Source: Guillardia theta CCMP2712 (lineage: Eukaryota > Protista > Cryptophyta). From it: 64,000 nucleotides of DNA. The notes beneath the pieces are model-generated. The model ran no database searches and was not told the DNA's origin. It saw nothing but the letters and a program-made list of their open reading frames with translations. The stretch is from assembly GCF_000315625.1 (NCBI RefSeq), contig NW_005434664.1, positions 588,167 to 652,166 on the forward strand, written 5' to 3'. Position 1 is the stretch's first letter; each line of letters opens with the position of its first letter. The position numbers and the translations under genes were made by a program. Positions 1 through 14,489 of this stretch are shown piece after piece.

Positions 1-1290
1 CCATGTGCCTTGCGCACTCGTGCACGTCGTTGCCCGGGGGATTGAAAACCATCGCGTTCTCCCACACAAGCTTGACGTCAGCCACCCACTGCTCTTTTCG
101 TTCATAGAATCCGTTTTCCAGTTTGCTCAGAACGGTCCCTAAATCCATCGGATTCTTGATGACGTCTAGGTACGTTGGGATATCTGTTGGGGTCAAGGTG
201 AGGAATTCACCAAGAGAGGTGAGGCGAGCCTAGATGAAAGACTCACTGAGAGCAACGGGATCAACTGGCACATTGAAGTAGGCTTCGCATATTGGGTTGT
301 CAATCAGACTCTTGACGACCTACAAGGGAGTCATCACCCACCAGACACTTTTCCTTGCAATCGCACCTTCTTACAGGCATCCTCCCAACTCTTGCCGCTC
401 TTTCTCTTTGTTTTTGATTCTCTGCAAAGTAATCTCACGAGTCAGCCGTATGATCACACCAACAGAACCTTTCTTCAGCTCCTTTCGCACGTTTCCCCTC
501 CGGTTGTCTTGAGCCAGAGTCAGGTTGTTTTCGCTTTCCTGAATTTGCTGGTGTATCCCAAAGCGGTGTGCTATCCCTACAAAAGGATCACTTTCGAAAT
601 TCAAAGGTATTGACTCGATGTGATAAGAGAAGGCAAAAGGCAACCTTCTTGTCTTGACGGAGTCTAAAGCATTCCAGCTACTTGATACAGCCTCATAAGT
701 GATTTGCGACACTTGGGCATTCGCTGCTTCAATCTTGTGCAGTTGTGCATTGATTTTACGAAGGCGATCCTGCGATTACAAGTCGACTGTTATCCATGAG
801 TCTTCTTGCATAAAGGATTTACCTGCAGCACTTTTTTCCTTTCAGACCAATAGTTAGAAGCACTTGAAGGCACAGGGTTTGTCGAGGTCGACGATGGCTG
901 GCTGGCAGCTAGAGGAGCGGGCGATCCGTTTCCAGAAGCATGAGCATGCTTCACTTTGGTTCTGTGATGAGCGTGAGACTTCGTTTGCGAATCTGCAGGA
1001 GGATCGTAGCCTGAGGTGCAACTTCAATATCAAACAATTGAGAGCGAGTGCCTCCAACCGAACAGCTGAATCTTCTTGCGGTCACGCTTTTCGGGTAGTT
1101 TCTCCTCTTGCGACATGTGCCCCAAGACAGGCTCGAGAACATATCCTTTCTGCACCTTGGCGAGCTTGGCTTGTTCCTTTGTCATTATCACTTCCTTCTT
1201 TCCCATCTTTGGAAATGGTCAAATCAACCATTCCGGTACAACAGGAGGGTTGCCTGAAGGTAGGGGACGGAAGCATCGCTCGCGCCTTCA
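1..1290 (-). CDS. Bromodomain-containing protein (runs off the left edge; 5' start uncertain, possibly near 2184 or 2510)
   Basis: Spliced minus-strand exons read VVKSLIDNPICEAYFNVPVDPVAL / IPTYLDVIKNPMDLGTVLSKLENGFYERKEQWVADVKLVWENAMVFNPPGNDVHECARHM, a canonical bromodomain. Upstream low-complexity exons lie at 371-1290. Confidence 0.85.
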
Positions 1291-1665
1291 GCTGAGGCTT
1301 GAACAGACATGTGAGTCTCGCTCATCGCAACTGAGTTGCAGAGCCGATCAAGACAGCAGCAAGATCAAAGCTGATCAGGTCTGCCTGTCAAGAAATCAAA
1401 ATTCTTTGCAGAATTAAAACCATCTTTCAAACCTTACTGGAAACTCAAGCCAAACAAAATCACACAGAGGTAGTCTTGTCTGACAAAACTGAAAGCTGAC
1501 CGTTATCAAGCATTTGAGTATCAATGCTTTGGGAAGTAGGCATGTATTTCGTTGGTGAAATCAGATTGATAGAATTTGAACAAAGCTCAAGGCCCAACAT
1601 GGTCTCCGGTATACACTGCCCTCCTCCCCAGCCACTACTGTAGTCCTCGTGACGTTCTTACTGAA

Positions 1666-1758
1666 ATGATTGATCTTTCTACAGCAAAACAACCTTATGA
1701 TTGATCTTTCTACAGCAAAACAACCTTATGATTGATCTTTCTACAGCAAAATAACCTT
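1666..1758. repeat. 31-bp tandem repeat, 3 copies (ATGATTGATCTTTCTACAGCAAAACAACCTT)
   Basis: Three head-to-tail copies with one mismatch in the third; no spacers. Confidence 0.95.
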
Positions 1759-2011
1759 TGTTCTCATCAAAATTTACAAAACAATTTCCAGTGCGCAAAA
1801 TCAGTGCGCCTGTATATGGTCACATACATACATTTCCTGCTACCTGCATCTATCCTTCACATCTGGCTGCTATGAAACATCATCACATACGATCCAAACT
1901 TCTCCCTGCTTGTATTCTTGGTATATCTAACCCGGTAGTATTTTAGCGAGGAATGGATTCGTCTATACTACCATACGACGGTATGTGAATAAACAATGTT
2001 GATGAAACAGA

Positions 2012-2080
2012 CACGACAAACGTCTTCATCTAAGAAAAGCACAAGATCACGACAAACGTCTTCATCTAAGAAAAGCACAA
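2012..2080. repeat. 36-bp tandem duplication (CACGACAAACGTCTTCATCTAAGAAAAGCACAA...)
   Basis: Two adjacent copies read directly from the sequence. Confidence 0.9.
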
Positions 2081-3001
2081 CATCGTCTCAGCAGGAAATA
2101 AAACCAGGTCACGACCAGACGCAAGATCGGCCATCAAAGAGAGCAGAACGACTGCTCTGACCCACCGCTTCTCTTTTTTGACATGGACCTGGCAACCGCT
2201 GGGATGACAGAATACTGAGTAATGGACTGCTTCAAGAGAGAATTTTCAAGCAGAATATCTTCGACAGGCAACGGAACACGACAAGCAACATTTAAGAGAT
2301 AATCATCTTCATCGTTTGATAACCTCAACCACTTCTACCCTCTCATCTTTTCTCCTCCTGTTCTTCATTTCTCTTCTCCGCCATCAACACCATCTCCTCC
2401 TCTCTCCTCCCCATCCCTGCTTTTCTCTCATCTATTCGCCCTCCATTTCTCTTTTCCTCCCCTTCCCCCTCCGCCTTCCTTTCCTCCTCGCACCCACCTG
2501 ACCGCATCATGCCGCCATCCTCCGCAGCTCCATACCTCACCCTACCCCCCACCCCCTTTTATGCCTGTGAATGTTGGTACACCCCATCTCCGAATAATTC
2601 ACCCATCAATGAAACACCCCTACCCTAAACTTTACCACGTATAACCCCACCTTTTGTGGAATATCCTTGTTCAAAAACCACCCATGACCCAATCGCCCAT
2701 GACCCCCACCCACCCAGCTGAACCACAACACTCAAACCACACTTCACCCTCGAAGCCACTCCCCCACCACCCCACCCTTCTGACCCTTTTTCTTACCACG
2801 TTCGAATCATCACCCCACCATTTCCCTTTGGAAAGTCTAAAAAGGACCCTGGGGTGGTCGTAGTAGGGATGTGAGGATTGAGGGGGGTGGGGGAGCACTT
2901 GAGAGCAGAAGGTAGGTGGGGGTAGTGAAGGATAGATAATCTGTGGGGTACTTGAGGTTTTAAAAGGGGGTAGGGGCAAAAGAGAAAGGTTCCTGTGATG
3001 G

Positions 3002-6000
3002 TTATCGCCGATCGTAGTTTCGCCTCCCCCATGGTCCCCCCCCTCCCCTGCCATAGCCTCTGCCACCTCCGTAGCCTCTGCGAGGAAAGTGCGAAGAATG
3101 CCATGAAGGCCGAGAGAAGGACGACGAACCCCTGCCATTTACCTGTCAGGAGACAAACACCACCACCTCTTGCTAGAACCTCGAAGCCATGGCGCTCTCG
3201 GGCAGAAGGTCGGGAAGGACTTGAACAGACTCGATGCGTGGGGCCACTAGTTTTCCTTCGAACGACTTGGCCACATCGTCAAAGAGAGCCGCAAATTCAG
3301 CAGGAACGTCGAAAGCTGCTCCTGACTGATTTACAGTGAGGTGGCAATTTCGTGGTCAAGATTGCTTACCTTGTCCTTGAGAAACCTGATGCTCCGAACT
3401 GAGTCTGCTGCCTGATTGTTCCTGTGTCAGCTGGGCACGAGATAGATCACAGCACCTTCGGCTCTCCTCCCATGACCCTTCGAATGCACCGAAAGACGTC
3501 TGGAACCATGGAGATGCTGAAAACCAAGTCAAAGAGTGAGAGCAGAACAAGGAGGTGGAGAGCCAAGGCAGGAGAAGCGCAGGCAGAACGAAAGGCAGAA
3601 GGAGGGAGAGAGAAGGCGGAGGGAAAGCAGGAGGGAAGGGGAAGGGGGGGGGACATGGATTACCCTGAAGATTTCAACAAGAAAGTCTTGAAACCCTCCA
3701 AGGAAGTTAACATGCTTCGAGCCGATGGAGGCTGAGATAAGAATAAGAGATGAGGGAACGGAGAGCGAGGGACGGGAGAGAGAAAGCATCTCGATGAAGC
3801 ATATGCGAGTTGTAGAATCTGTTGGCCCCACCTTCTCGAAGCCTGACAACACTGCAATGGCCCTTGCGAGACAGTCTTGAAGACTGCAGTTTAAACGGTC
3901 CGCTGCCGTCGAGGTCTTTGCCTTTCTAGTGACAACATGGAGAAAAAGAGACGCGAGCGCTTACCAAGGTAGAGAACAGCTGGATGCTTTCAGGCTGAAC
4001 CTTTTCCATGGCGATGAACGCGTCCTCACACGCGGCCTTGGCAGCAGCATGAGGTTGGGAACAAGAGGCTGGGGCCTACAAGAGCGATATCTCGAGGCTG
4101 CGGTGCTCCTATCCTTTGAAATTTGACACCTCAAGGAAGCCCGTCAGGATCGGAAGCTCCTCCTCCAGCTACCTGTCTTGTGCTCGATCCTCGAAAGGTC
4201 TGGAGCTTCTCTAGGAGAGTAGAACATGACGCACTAGCAACAAGCATATCAGGGAGAGCGGAAGAGGAAGAGAAGGAAGGCAGCTTCTCCTGATACTCCT
4301 TACCGTTCCGTTCTTCCCTGCTCGCCCAGTTCGTCCGGACCTGCGACTAGGTCAGGAAGCTCTCGAAACGCTCATGATTCACCGGTGGACGTAGAGCTCG
4401 GAGCTCTCGGGTGGATGGCACATGACAACGAGGTCAACCTGCTCTTGCTTAACCTGCACCTACCGCCTCCACTCGTCCCTCTTCCCGCACCTCAGGAATA
4501 TCCAGCCCTCGCGCAGCGACGTTGGTGGCCACTAGACACTAACGTGCACGAGCGATTAAAGCTTGAACCAAAAGGAGAGGAGAAATCAAGGGGTTGAAAG
4601 GAGAGGCAAGCGAATGGGAGACATCGAGTACACCTGGAGGTCTCCTTCTCGAAAGCCTTTGAAGGTTTCTTCTCGTAAATTTTGTGGAATGTCTCCATGA
4701 AGAACTCCGCAAGCAACCTGATCGCAGGGGGGGGAGGGGGATGATCATTTGAGACGAACATGAGGGAGAAAAGCCTCTCACCTTGATGCAGTTGTCTCGA
4801 GACAGCTCGTCTGCTTCCTTCTGAAAGACTCGCCGTCACTCGTCTCACCCCCCCAACCTTTTACTTTTCCTTCGTCTCCGTGAAGACGATCGTCTTGCCG
4901 TGTCTCCCCGCGTAAATGTTTATGATCGCCCCTACCTCTCGTCACCCTCCACTCATTCCACCATCCCTCATACCGATCGTGGACCGACGAGCAGAAACAC
5001 CGCAAGCGATGCAAAGGTGTCTGACAAGAGCGAGAAGAAGATGACGAGGAGGAACAAGAACTCATCTTGCTCACTTGATCTTAGGCGCTGTCTTGAGTGT
5101 CTCATGCTTGACCTGTACAGCGTCACTTACGTTCTCGTCGCCCTCTTCTTCTCACAAGATCGACGTCCTTCCTTCGGTCGGCTCTCAGGTAGTTCCGAGC
5201 GATCTCCTGCTGTTGGGTGAGAGTCAAAGAGGCGGGAGGAGACAGCACCTGAACCCAGCTGGGGACAGTCGCAGAGAACAACAGAGTCTGATGATCGAGA
5301 TTGGACGCTTGAGCGTCTCCGCAGACCTGACTGAAGTTCAGCACGCGAACATGGCGCTCCTTCTCTTTGGCGTGACTTGCTCCTCCCTCCCTCCCTCTCT
5401 TCCTCCGTCCTCGTTTTAACACGTGCTTCCACAGCCTCCAACCCTTACCGATCGGATAATCTCTTCCATGTCATCTTTGAACCCAATCTCCAGCATCTGA
5501 TCCGCCTCATCGAGCACCTACTGCAAGTCATGCAAGTCGAGTTTTTGAGAAAGGCTCACCAGAAACTTGATTCGATCCAGTCTCAGAGATCCTCTCGACT
5601 TCAAGTCCAAGATCCTAACCCATCAACCTTACGAGCGATGCAGAGCGCAAGGAATGACGGTCAGGAGCTTGGGTGGGGGGAGAAGAAGATGATTGGGATT
5701 CGAGGAGATGCTTGGAAAGGAGAGGGGTTGACCTTCCGGGAGTACCAATCACAACGTCAATGCCGTCACTCAGTGCGATCTGTTGTTGTCGGATCGGAGC
5801 CCCTCCATACACGCTTTGAATCTTTGAGCCGCAAATGTCAGACATGCTGGTTCTCCTCCTTCTCCACCTCGAGACTTCCACCAAGACTCTTCCACACACG
5901 CGTGACCTGAGCAGCGGTGAGATGCTTGAACATGCTCGAAGCTTGTCAACTTACTTGTAGACACAGCTCACGAGTGGGAACCATCACCAGCGCCTCTGGT

Positions 6001-7083
6001 GCTCTTCCACGCGAGTTGATTTGACCCCTGAATCCTTTTAGTACAACCAAGTGACGCTACGCATGCACCTGCTCCTCATCAACTTCTCGTGCACGGGCAA
6101 GACAAAAGCTGCGTCAAGTGGTTATGTTCTCTTCCTCTCCACCGGATCCTCACCAAGAGTCTTCCCGGTGCCTGTGCGAGCTCGGGCGATCAAGTCATAC
6201 CCCTCATAGATGATATCAAAAGTCGCAACCTGCGCATACCAGGAATGAACAAGAGAATACAACGTAAAGAAGAACAAGAAAAGACAATGTAAGAGGTTTT
6301 CTGGCATCACTTGGATGGGAAACAATGTCTGGATTCCTTGTTCCGACAAGGCTTTGATTGTCTTCTCTGATATCCTGAAGTTTCTGATTGAGGAATTGCT
6401 CATGTCACGAGGCTCAGCTGGAAATCACTTCATCGATTGGAACTTCATCGACTTGTCGACTCACCAGACAATATGTCTGCCTTTCCTATCGACTTGAGCT
6501 TCGCCTCCAAGTCCTTGATCTCTGCCTTGAGCTTTGACGCACTGTCGAAATCTTCGAGAGAGATTGCTTCTTTCTTCTTTTTCTCGAGAGATTGCAGTCT
6601 CTTCAAGATTTCATCTCCGTCAACGATAGTTGAGGTCGAGTTGGAAGTGCTGGCATGATCTTCTTTTCCTCTTTTCTTCTTGGTCTTCGAATGGATTTCA
6701 TGCGGTTGCTCAGCGGACGCATCTCGCGAGCAATCTTTCTCTCCTTGGTCTGGAGCCTCCTGGTCTGCGTCTGCTGGTGCTCGTCGTTTAGAAGCCTTGC
6801 GCGTCTGCTTCCCTGGCGTTTCTTCTCTCCTTCCTCCTCTCAGCGGCATTGAAGCTGGCAAGCGGCAAACAAGCCTCCATGCAGGGTTTCTCATCTCCCT
6901 CGCGAGCGTCGACGCTACATGCAAGGAGCGATAGGGCGAGGAGGAGGAGGAGGAGGAAGAGAAGGCAGCAGCAGAGGAGGAGGGAGTAGAGGTCGAGTAC
7001 AGCATGAAGCTGCACGCCACCACCAGCATCGCCATCGTGTTACGTGTGTTGAGCTGATTCCTCATTCCGGGACATGGAAACAT
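3002..7083 (-). CDS. DDX21: DEAD-box RNA helicase, DDX21/RH7-like, with signal-peptide leader, UVR-like coiled coil, GUCT domain and RGG tail
   Basis: About 20 exons give LFPIQ, ARTGTGKTLAF, VPTREL, YGG, TPGR, VLDEADQML, FSAT, TIVFTETK, LHGDIPQNLRE, LVATNVAARGLDIP and YVHRSGRTGRAG. These are followed by GUCT-like RSMLTSLEGF...GAAFDVP and C-terminal GYGGGRGYGRGGGGPWGRRNYDRR* (stop 3002-3004). Confidence 0.92.
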
Positions 7084-7154
7084 CACCTGAGGCGGGTTCG
7101 CTTAATTGACTAAAACACAATTAGGTCCTCCTACCTGACACCCTTTCCCCCTTG

Positions 7155-7652
7155 TCTCCTCTCCTCCTCTCCTCCTCTCCTCCTCTCCTCCTCTCCTCCT
7201 CTCCTCCTTCTCTGCTTCTCCTCCTCTCCTCCTCTCCTCCTTCTCTCCTCCTCTCCTCCTCTCCTCCTCTCCTCCTTCTCTCCTCCTCTCCTCCTCTCCT
7301 CCTCTCCTCCTTCTCTGCTTCTCCTCCTCTCCTCCTCTCCTCCTCTCCTCCTCTCCTCCTCTGCTCCTCTTCTCCTCTCCTCCTCTCCTCCTCTCCTCCT
7401 CTCCTCCTCTCCTCCTCTCCTCCTTCTCTGCTTCTCCTCTCCTCCTCCTCCTCTCCTCTCCTCCTCTCATCGTCTCATCCTCTCCTCCTCTCCTCCTTTC
7501 CTCCTGCTTCTCCTCCTCTCCTCCTCTTCTCCTCCTCTCCTCTGCTCCTCTGCTCCTTCTCTGCTCCTTCTCTGCTCCTTCTCTGCTCCTCCTTTCCTCC
7601 TGCTTCTCTCCTTCTCTCCTCTGCTCCTCTCCTCCTGCTTCTCTGCTCCTCC
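7155..7652. repeat. About 500-bp CT-rich low-complexity tract (CTCCT / CTCCTCTC units)
   Basis: Almost pure polypyrimidine on the + strand, between the divergent starts of the helicase and the gene at 7928. Confidence 0.95.
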
Positions 7653-7927
7653 TCCTTAAATTCTCCCTCTTCAACTTCTGCTCCTTCTTTGTTTCTCTCC
7701 TCCCTTAAAGCTGCCTCAGTGTCTAACTGTCGCTCGAAGTGTTTTTCCAGGGGTTAAATTCGAGGTCGGCAGCAATCAGGAGTCAGAGTTGACCAGTTTC
7801 TTCCCGGCGAGGCTCGCAGGGGTTGTAGCGATGCTCTCGACATCTCGCCAGCTGCCTCTCTGGGTCTTATCTGTGAGTCAAGGCAACGTGCAAGCGCCGA
7901 CTGATGAAGGGCTGGCAGATGGATGGG

Positions 7928-8887
7928 ATGGAGGTGATGCCAGAGGAGCAAGCAAGAGAGATGTTAGATTATGACAACGAGCTCGACCTGTTGTTCTCTA
8001 GAGCTTCTTCAGGAGCAGTCAGCAGCTCTAGCAAGCACAGCAGTGCTCCAAGCAAGTTCTCAAGCAAAGCTGAAAAGCATCGGGAAATTTTTTATCCCCC
8101 AACGACATACAGCGCACCGACGTCAGCAGCGCTGCGATGGAACTCCGAGAGGGTTGGGAGATTGACAGAGACGCGAGGGCTGAAGGGCTGCAGGTGAAGG
8201 AGCGGACGGACGATGTGGCGATGATCGAGCACGACGGGATCTTCATGCAGTCAAGCTTCTACCAAGACAAGCAGATGAGCCGGCATGTCGCTTTCTTCAA
8301 GGACTGGAGAGCGTTGACCATGGATGTCAGACATGAGATCTTCAAGCATGCGATCAGCAAAGTCTTGAGACTTGCTTCACAAGACTACGACACCTTCGCC
8401 TCCATCTTGCGCAGTTTTGACCATCTCAAGTGAGCACGCGAGAGGGAGCGAAGAAGATGTGACGGGGGTTGCCAGGGATGGCATGATCGTCAACTATGAT
8501 TTTCTCAAAGTGTTGGACGTCATGCACGTCGGGCTCACCCCTGACGAGAAACGAATTCTGTCTAGAGAGTTCAGCGATGGCAGCGACAGGTGAGCAGCAA
8601 GGCGACTGCTGTCAAGAAGCTGGCTGCTCTGACCTCCTTCAGGGTCAACATGCTCCACTTTGTGGACGCGCTGGGAGGGGAAGCAGCGCTGCAAATCAGT
8701 ACGACAAAACATGCGCTGCAAAACAAGAATGAGAGAGTCAGGGTACGCGGAAAGTGCTGCGATTTCCCTGCCTGCTCCTGACCTCTCACGACAGAAATCA
8801 CGTCAGGACAAGACGAAACTTGCTGGATGTTTCTCGATGTTCAGGAGCTCAAGACCGCAAGACACTAAAAAGGAAAGAAGAAGATGA
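7928..8887 (+). CDS. Hypothetical protein with degenerate EF-hand-like pair
   Basis: GT-AG spliced exons join to ...SILRSFDHLK/DGMIVNYDFLKVLDVMHVGLTPDEKRILSREFSDGSDR/VNMLHFVDALGG..., which has EF-hand-like spacing. Start uncertain. Confidence 0.55.
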
Positions 8888-8895
8888 CAGCAAGT

Positions 8896-11550
8896 TCATG
8901 CGCTTAAAAGGAGGGAGTGACAGAGCCAAAGTAACTCGCTTCTCTTAAAGCTCTCTCCAGCATCTCCGTAGTGAGAGCATCGTCCGCAGAGATCCCGAGT
9001 GCCTTAGAGGAGGTCAACATGAAGGAAGAGGATAGAGAGAGAGATAGGAAAGAGCGGAAGAGCACTAAGAGATGAAGGGAAGATAGAGGTAGGACAAGGA
9101 CAAGGAGCGTAGAACCTTATGGTAGAAAGTTATTGCGGTATCAAACTCCCGCTTCAGGTGATGCGTAAAGCCGATCGCCGTGTATGTGCTGGCTGTGCGA
9201 GGAGAGCATCGTAGAGACTTGTGGTACATGGCCAGAGCGTTGTCGAAGCTGTTCATCTTGCGATAGCAATGCCTGCCAGCAAGATCAGCGCTATTCTTGT
9301 CAGATAGGTTGCTCTACCCAAGATTGAAGAAGGTTGCTTCCCATACGCTAGACTCGTCGTCCTGGCACAGCTCCAAGACCTTCTCGAATGCCTTTGCCGC
9401 CTGAGAAGGAGTGACGAGGAGGAGCGCGAGAGGAGGAGGAGAGGCACCTGATCGTAGCAGCCTTGGTAGTAACGGAGGACACCAACTTCATTGTACACTA
9501 GCGGGTCCACCGAGCATATGCTGCAAACGTCAAGGGACCAGGAGAGACACGCGTACCGCCTACCTCAAGGCGTGCGAGAAGAATTGATCCGCCACCTGCT
9601 CTCCCGTCATTCGCCTCCACTCATGCAGTGACTCACCTGAAGGTTTCCAGACTTGGCGTACTCCATGCCAATACACAGGGGGGGGAGATGACTGCCGCTG
9701 AAGAATCTTCCTCCTCTTGTCAAGCTCCTTCACATCCCCCGGCCCACTTACCGCGATGCCGTGCGATATGCCGCTAAGGCAGGATCGCTCTCGTCCTGAG
9801 CAGAGAAAGTGTGTCCGTAGCCTTTACTGCAGCTTGAGTAGTGACGGGGAAGAGGAAAGACTCACCCATCCAAGCAGGAGCGAAGTAGTTGTTCATCGAT
9901 GTTGACTTCTGAAAGAATCGCCTGGCAGGCTCGTGAGATCTCGCTGCCTTCATGACTCACTCTACCTTGCTTGGTCGAACTTCTTTGTCAAGAAGTAGTA
10001 GCAGCCCACAGCATACCACGCCTGTGCAACTGTGACCCTCTTTCCCTCGTTCAAGTCAATGGTGCCTCCGCCGATTCAGGAAACGTTTCCACGAGTCGAT
10101 GCGCATCGATGAACAACTCCCTGGAGAAAGTTTGAGCGACACCGAGACAAGAGCCAGGCCTGCACCTGACCAACTTCAACTCCACTAGAGAAGAAAGATG
10201 GTAAGCCAGACAGCAGTTAGCGAAGGGGTCGATCTGTAGGATTTTCTTGGTTTGGTTGTAACACTGCCAATGGTCAGCACCCGTCAAGAAGAGGGGAGGA
10301 GGACCTGTCTGAAATCGTTGTGATAGTAATAGAACTCGGCTACGATTGTCATCGAGTCTATGCTAGAGTCAAAGATGGAGCAGGCACTTTGCTTGACATC
10401 TGCCCCGCAGTCTGGGGTGGGAACTTCAGTTTTCAGATAGTCTTTCTCCCCCTGCCGGCCCTCCTCCGCCTTTACCTTCAAGCTGCAACGGTTTGTCGAC
10501 TGACAAGTCATATTTTTCCATCCTGCTCTTGTACATCGCCTGTATAAGGAAATGGATCAGACAAGCAGTACCAAACCTGGTCAACCTGCAGCCAAACTTC
10601 GCTGTCTTTGAAGTGGAGGGTATTCAAAAGATCTGCTTTCGTGTTATCGTCTTTGAATCTGTTCACAGTGACAACCGGCTTGCTCTTGAGATGACAACAT
10701 GTGGCTCTCTATCAACTTCTCGAAGGCCTCGTAGCATCTGAGCGCAGAAAACGTCATCAGACAACAGATTCGAGCACGAGATCGACCTGTAATCTCGTTG
10801 AAGGCTCTTCTTGTACCTGATCTACATCATTTTCAAGGTCACAGCATACTCAAAACTACCAGAACGCTGCCTTCACTCTGTTCTGTTGAGCATCGTAAAC
10901 CTAAATTCTCAAATTAGCTGCAAGCTCAAGCAACTTCACAGCGCACCTTGCCACGTAGAAGATTCATAGCAGCCGAGACTTCAATTCCGTCATTCTGATC
11001 CATCACTAGTAGAGAGTCAGCGTACGCCCAGGGACGGCGAAATCTCACTGTCACTGGCGCTAGCAGTATCGTCCTCTTCTCCCAACACGCTCAAGCACTG
11101 CAAGAAGCCTCATGATCGGACCACCACTCTTGACTGCCAACCTGCTCATACTCCTTGCTTTCTGCCAGACACTGTCCAGCCAACAACCGAAAGTTTGGAG
11201 AATCATTTGAGGAAGCCTGAAGCACGGTCAGACTGGACGAGTCCGAGGCGTGGCATCACCTTCTGAAGTGTGACTAGCGCTCGCTTGAACTGCTTCTGTT
11301 GAAAGTAGAGGCGAGCCAGGTTGTAGTGATCCTGAGGTACGATGAGAAATGGTGGAAAGAGGGAGGAGGAGGACAAGGTACCTCATCTGTTTTCCCAGGC
11401 AAGCAGATGATTTTCTCACAGAAAAAAGCTGCAGTCTGCAGCGTCGGCATCAGCTCTACGAGTTGAATCAGGTAAACAAACCGGTAGAAGATTTTTAGCT
11501 GCTGCATCTTTGACGAGCAACCGAAGAGACTCGATTTCCTTGACGCTCAT
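8896..11550 (-). CDS. CDC16: Anaphase-promoting complex subunit 6 (CDC16/Cut9), TPR protein
   Basis: Exons give TAAFFCEK, AWYAVGCYY, RRFFQKS...FAPAWMGYGHTFSAQDESDPALAAYRTA, HLPPLCIGMEY, DPLVYNEVGV, WEATFFNLG and TYTAIGFTHH. The last exon is ambiguous (stop at 8896 or about 8802). Confidence 0.93.
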
Positions 11551-12145
11551 CGCACAACAGACCTGGACGAGACCTCTTAGAACGATTATTCAGAACATTC
11601 AACTTGAATCATGTGTCGTGATTCCTCGAAGAGTATGCTAGCAGATCAACAGAGACAAGCTCCTCGTGGTTGCGATCCCTTTGTTACTTCTATCGCCCTT
11701 TCTTCTCCTCATTCTCCTCCTCCTCCTCCTCTTTTATCCATCCTCCAGCCTTCTGCGCCTTCCGCATTGAACTCCCGCCATAAAATCGAATCCGAGATCA
11801 GTACCCTCACCCCCACCCCAATCTGTTCGTCCACCCACCCTCCTCGTGAGCTAACTGTTTGGTCACAGCCCTCGTCTTATGTTCAAGTACCCTCCATTAA
11901 TTTTATGTACCCTATCCTTGCTGTTGATTTTTGTATAAATTGACCCAGTAGTCAAATACCCCTACCTATATCCTTGAAACAGTACCAGTGCTTTTCATAC
12001 CCCACCGGTACAACAAAATTCACCCCACCTCCTTCAATTTCAAATCCGACGATGATGAGGTCAACAATGTCGAGAAAGCGAGTGCAAGGAGGAGCAGCGA
12101 GAAAGAAAGTCGCAGGGGCATCAGCGAGTGCAGTTGCAGGCAAGA

Positions 12146-14185
<2,040 letters not shown>

Positions 14186-14489
14186 CCTCTCGACAGGTGA
14201 CGTTCTGCAGGGAGAGGGGGAGGGTGACTCAAAGGAGGCAGAAACTACAAGCTATAGCGCGACGAAACGATCTGGTATTGCTCACATTGATTTACATTCA
14301 TATTCGATCATCATATCGCTATATACATTCATATGAACCCACGAGCTTCAGCATAGACCAGGGTAGGTGGGGATTCGACCTCTCCCCTCGCACTCTCTCG
14401 TCCTCGCTTACATCTTGCGCGTCGACGTCTCTCAGTGTCTTGTGCTGCCCGATGTCTCGAGGACATCGAAGTTGACGCGACTCCTTGGG

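Noticed and set aside
1666-1758. 31-bp repeats as a CRISPR array
   Set aside because: Copies are directly adjacent with no spacers, no cas genes are present, and the context is eukaryotic.
4492-4848. Separate minus-strand gene at about 3.3-4.85 kb
   Set aside because: A different frame gives helicase motifs IV-VI and the GUCT domain, so it is the C-terminal half of the DDX21-like gene.
7102-7757. 190-aa and 201-aa ORFs (E/R/G-rich and S/P/L-rich)
   Set aside because: Translations of the CT-rich simple repeat.
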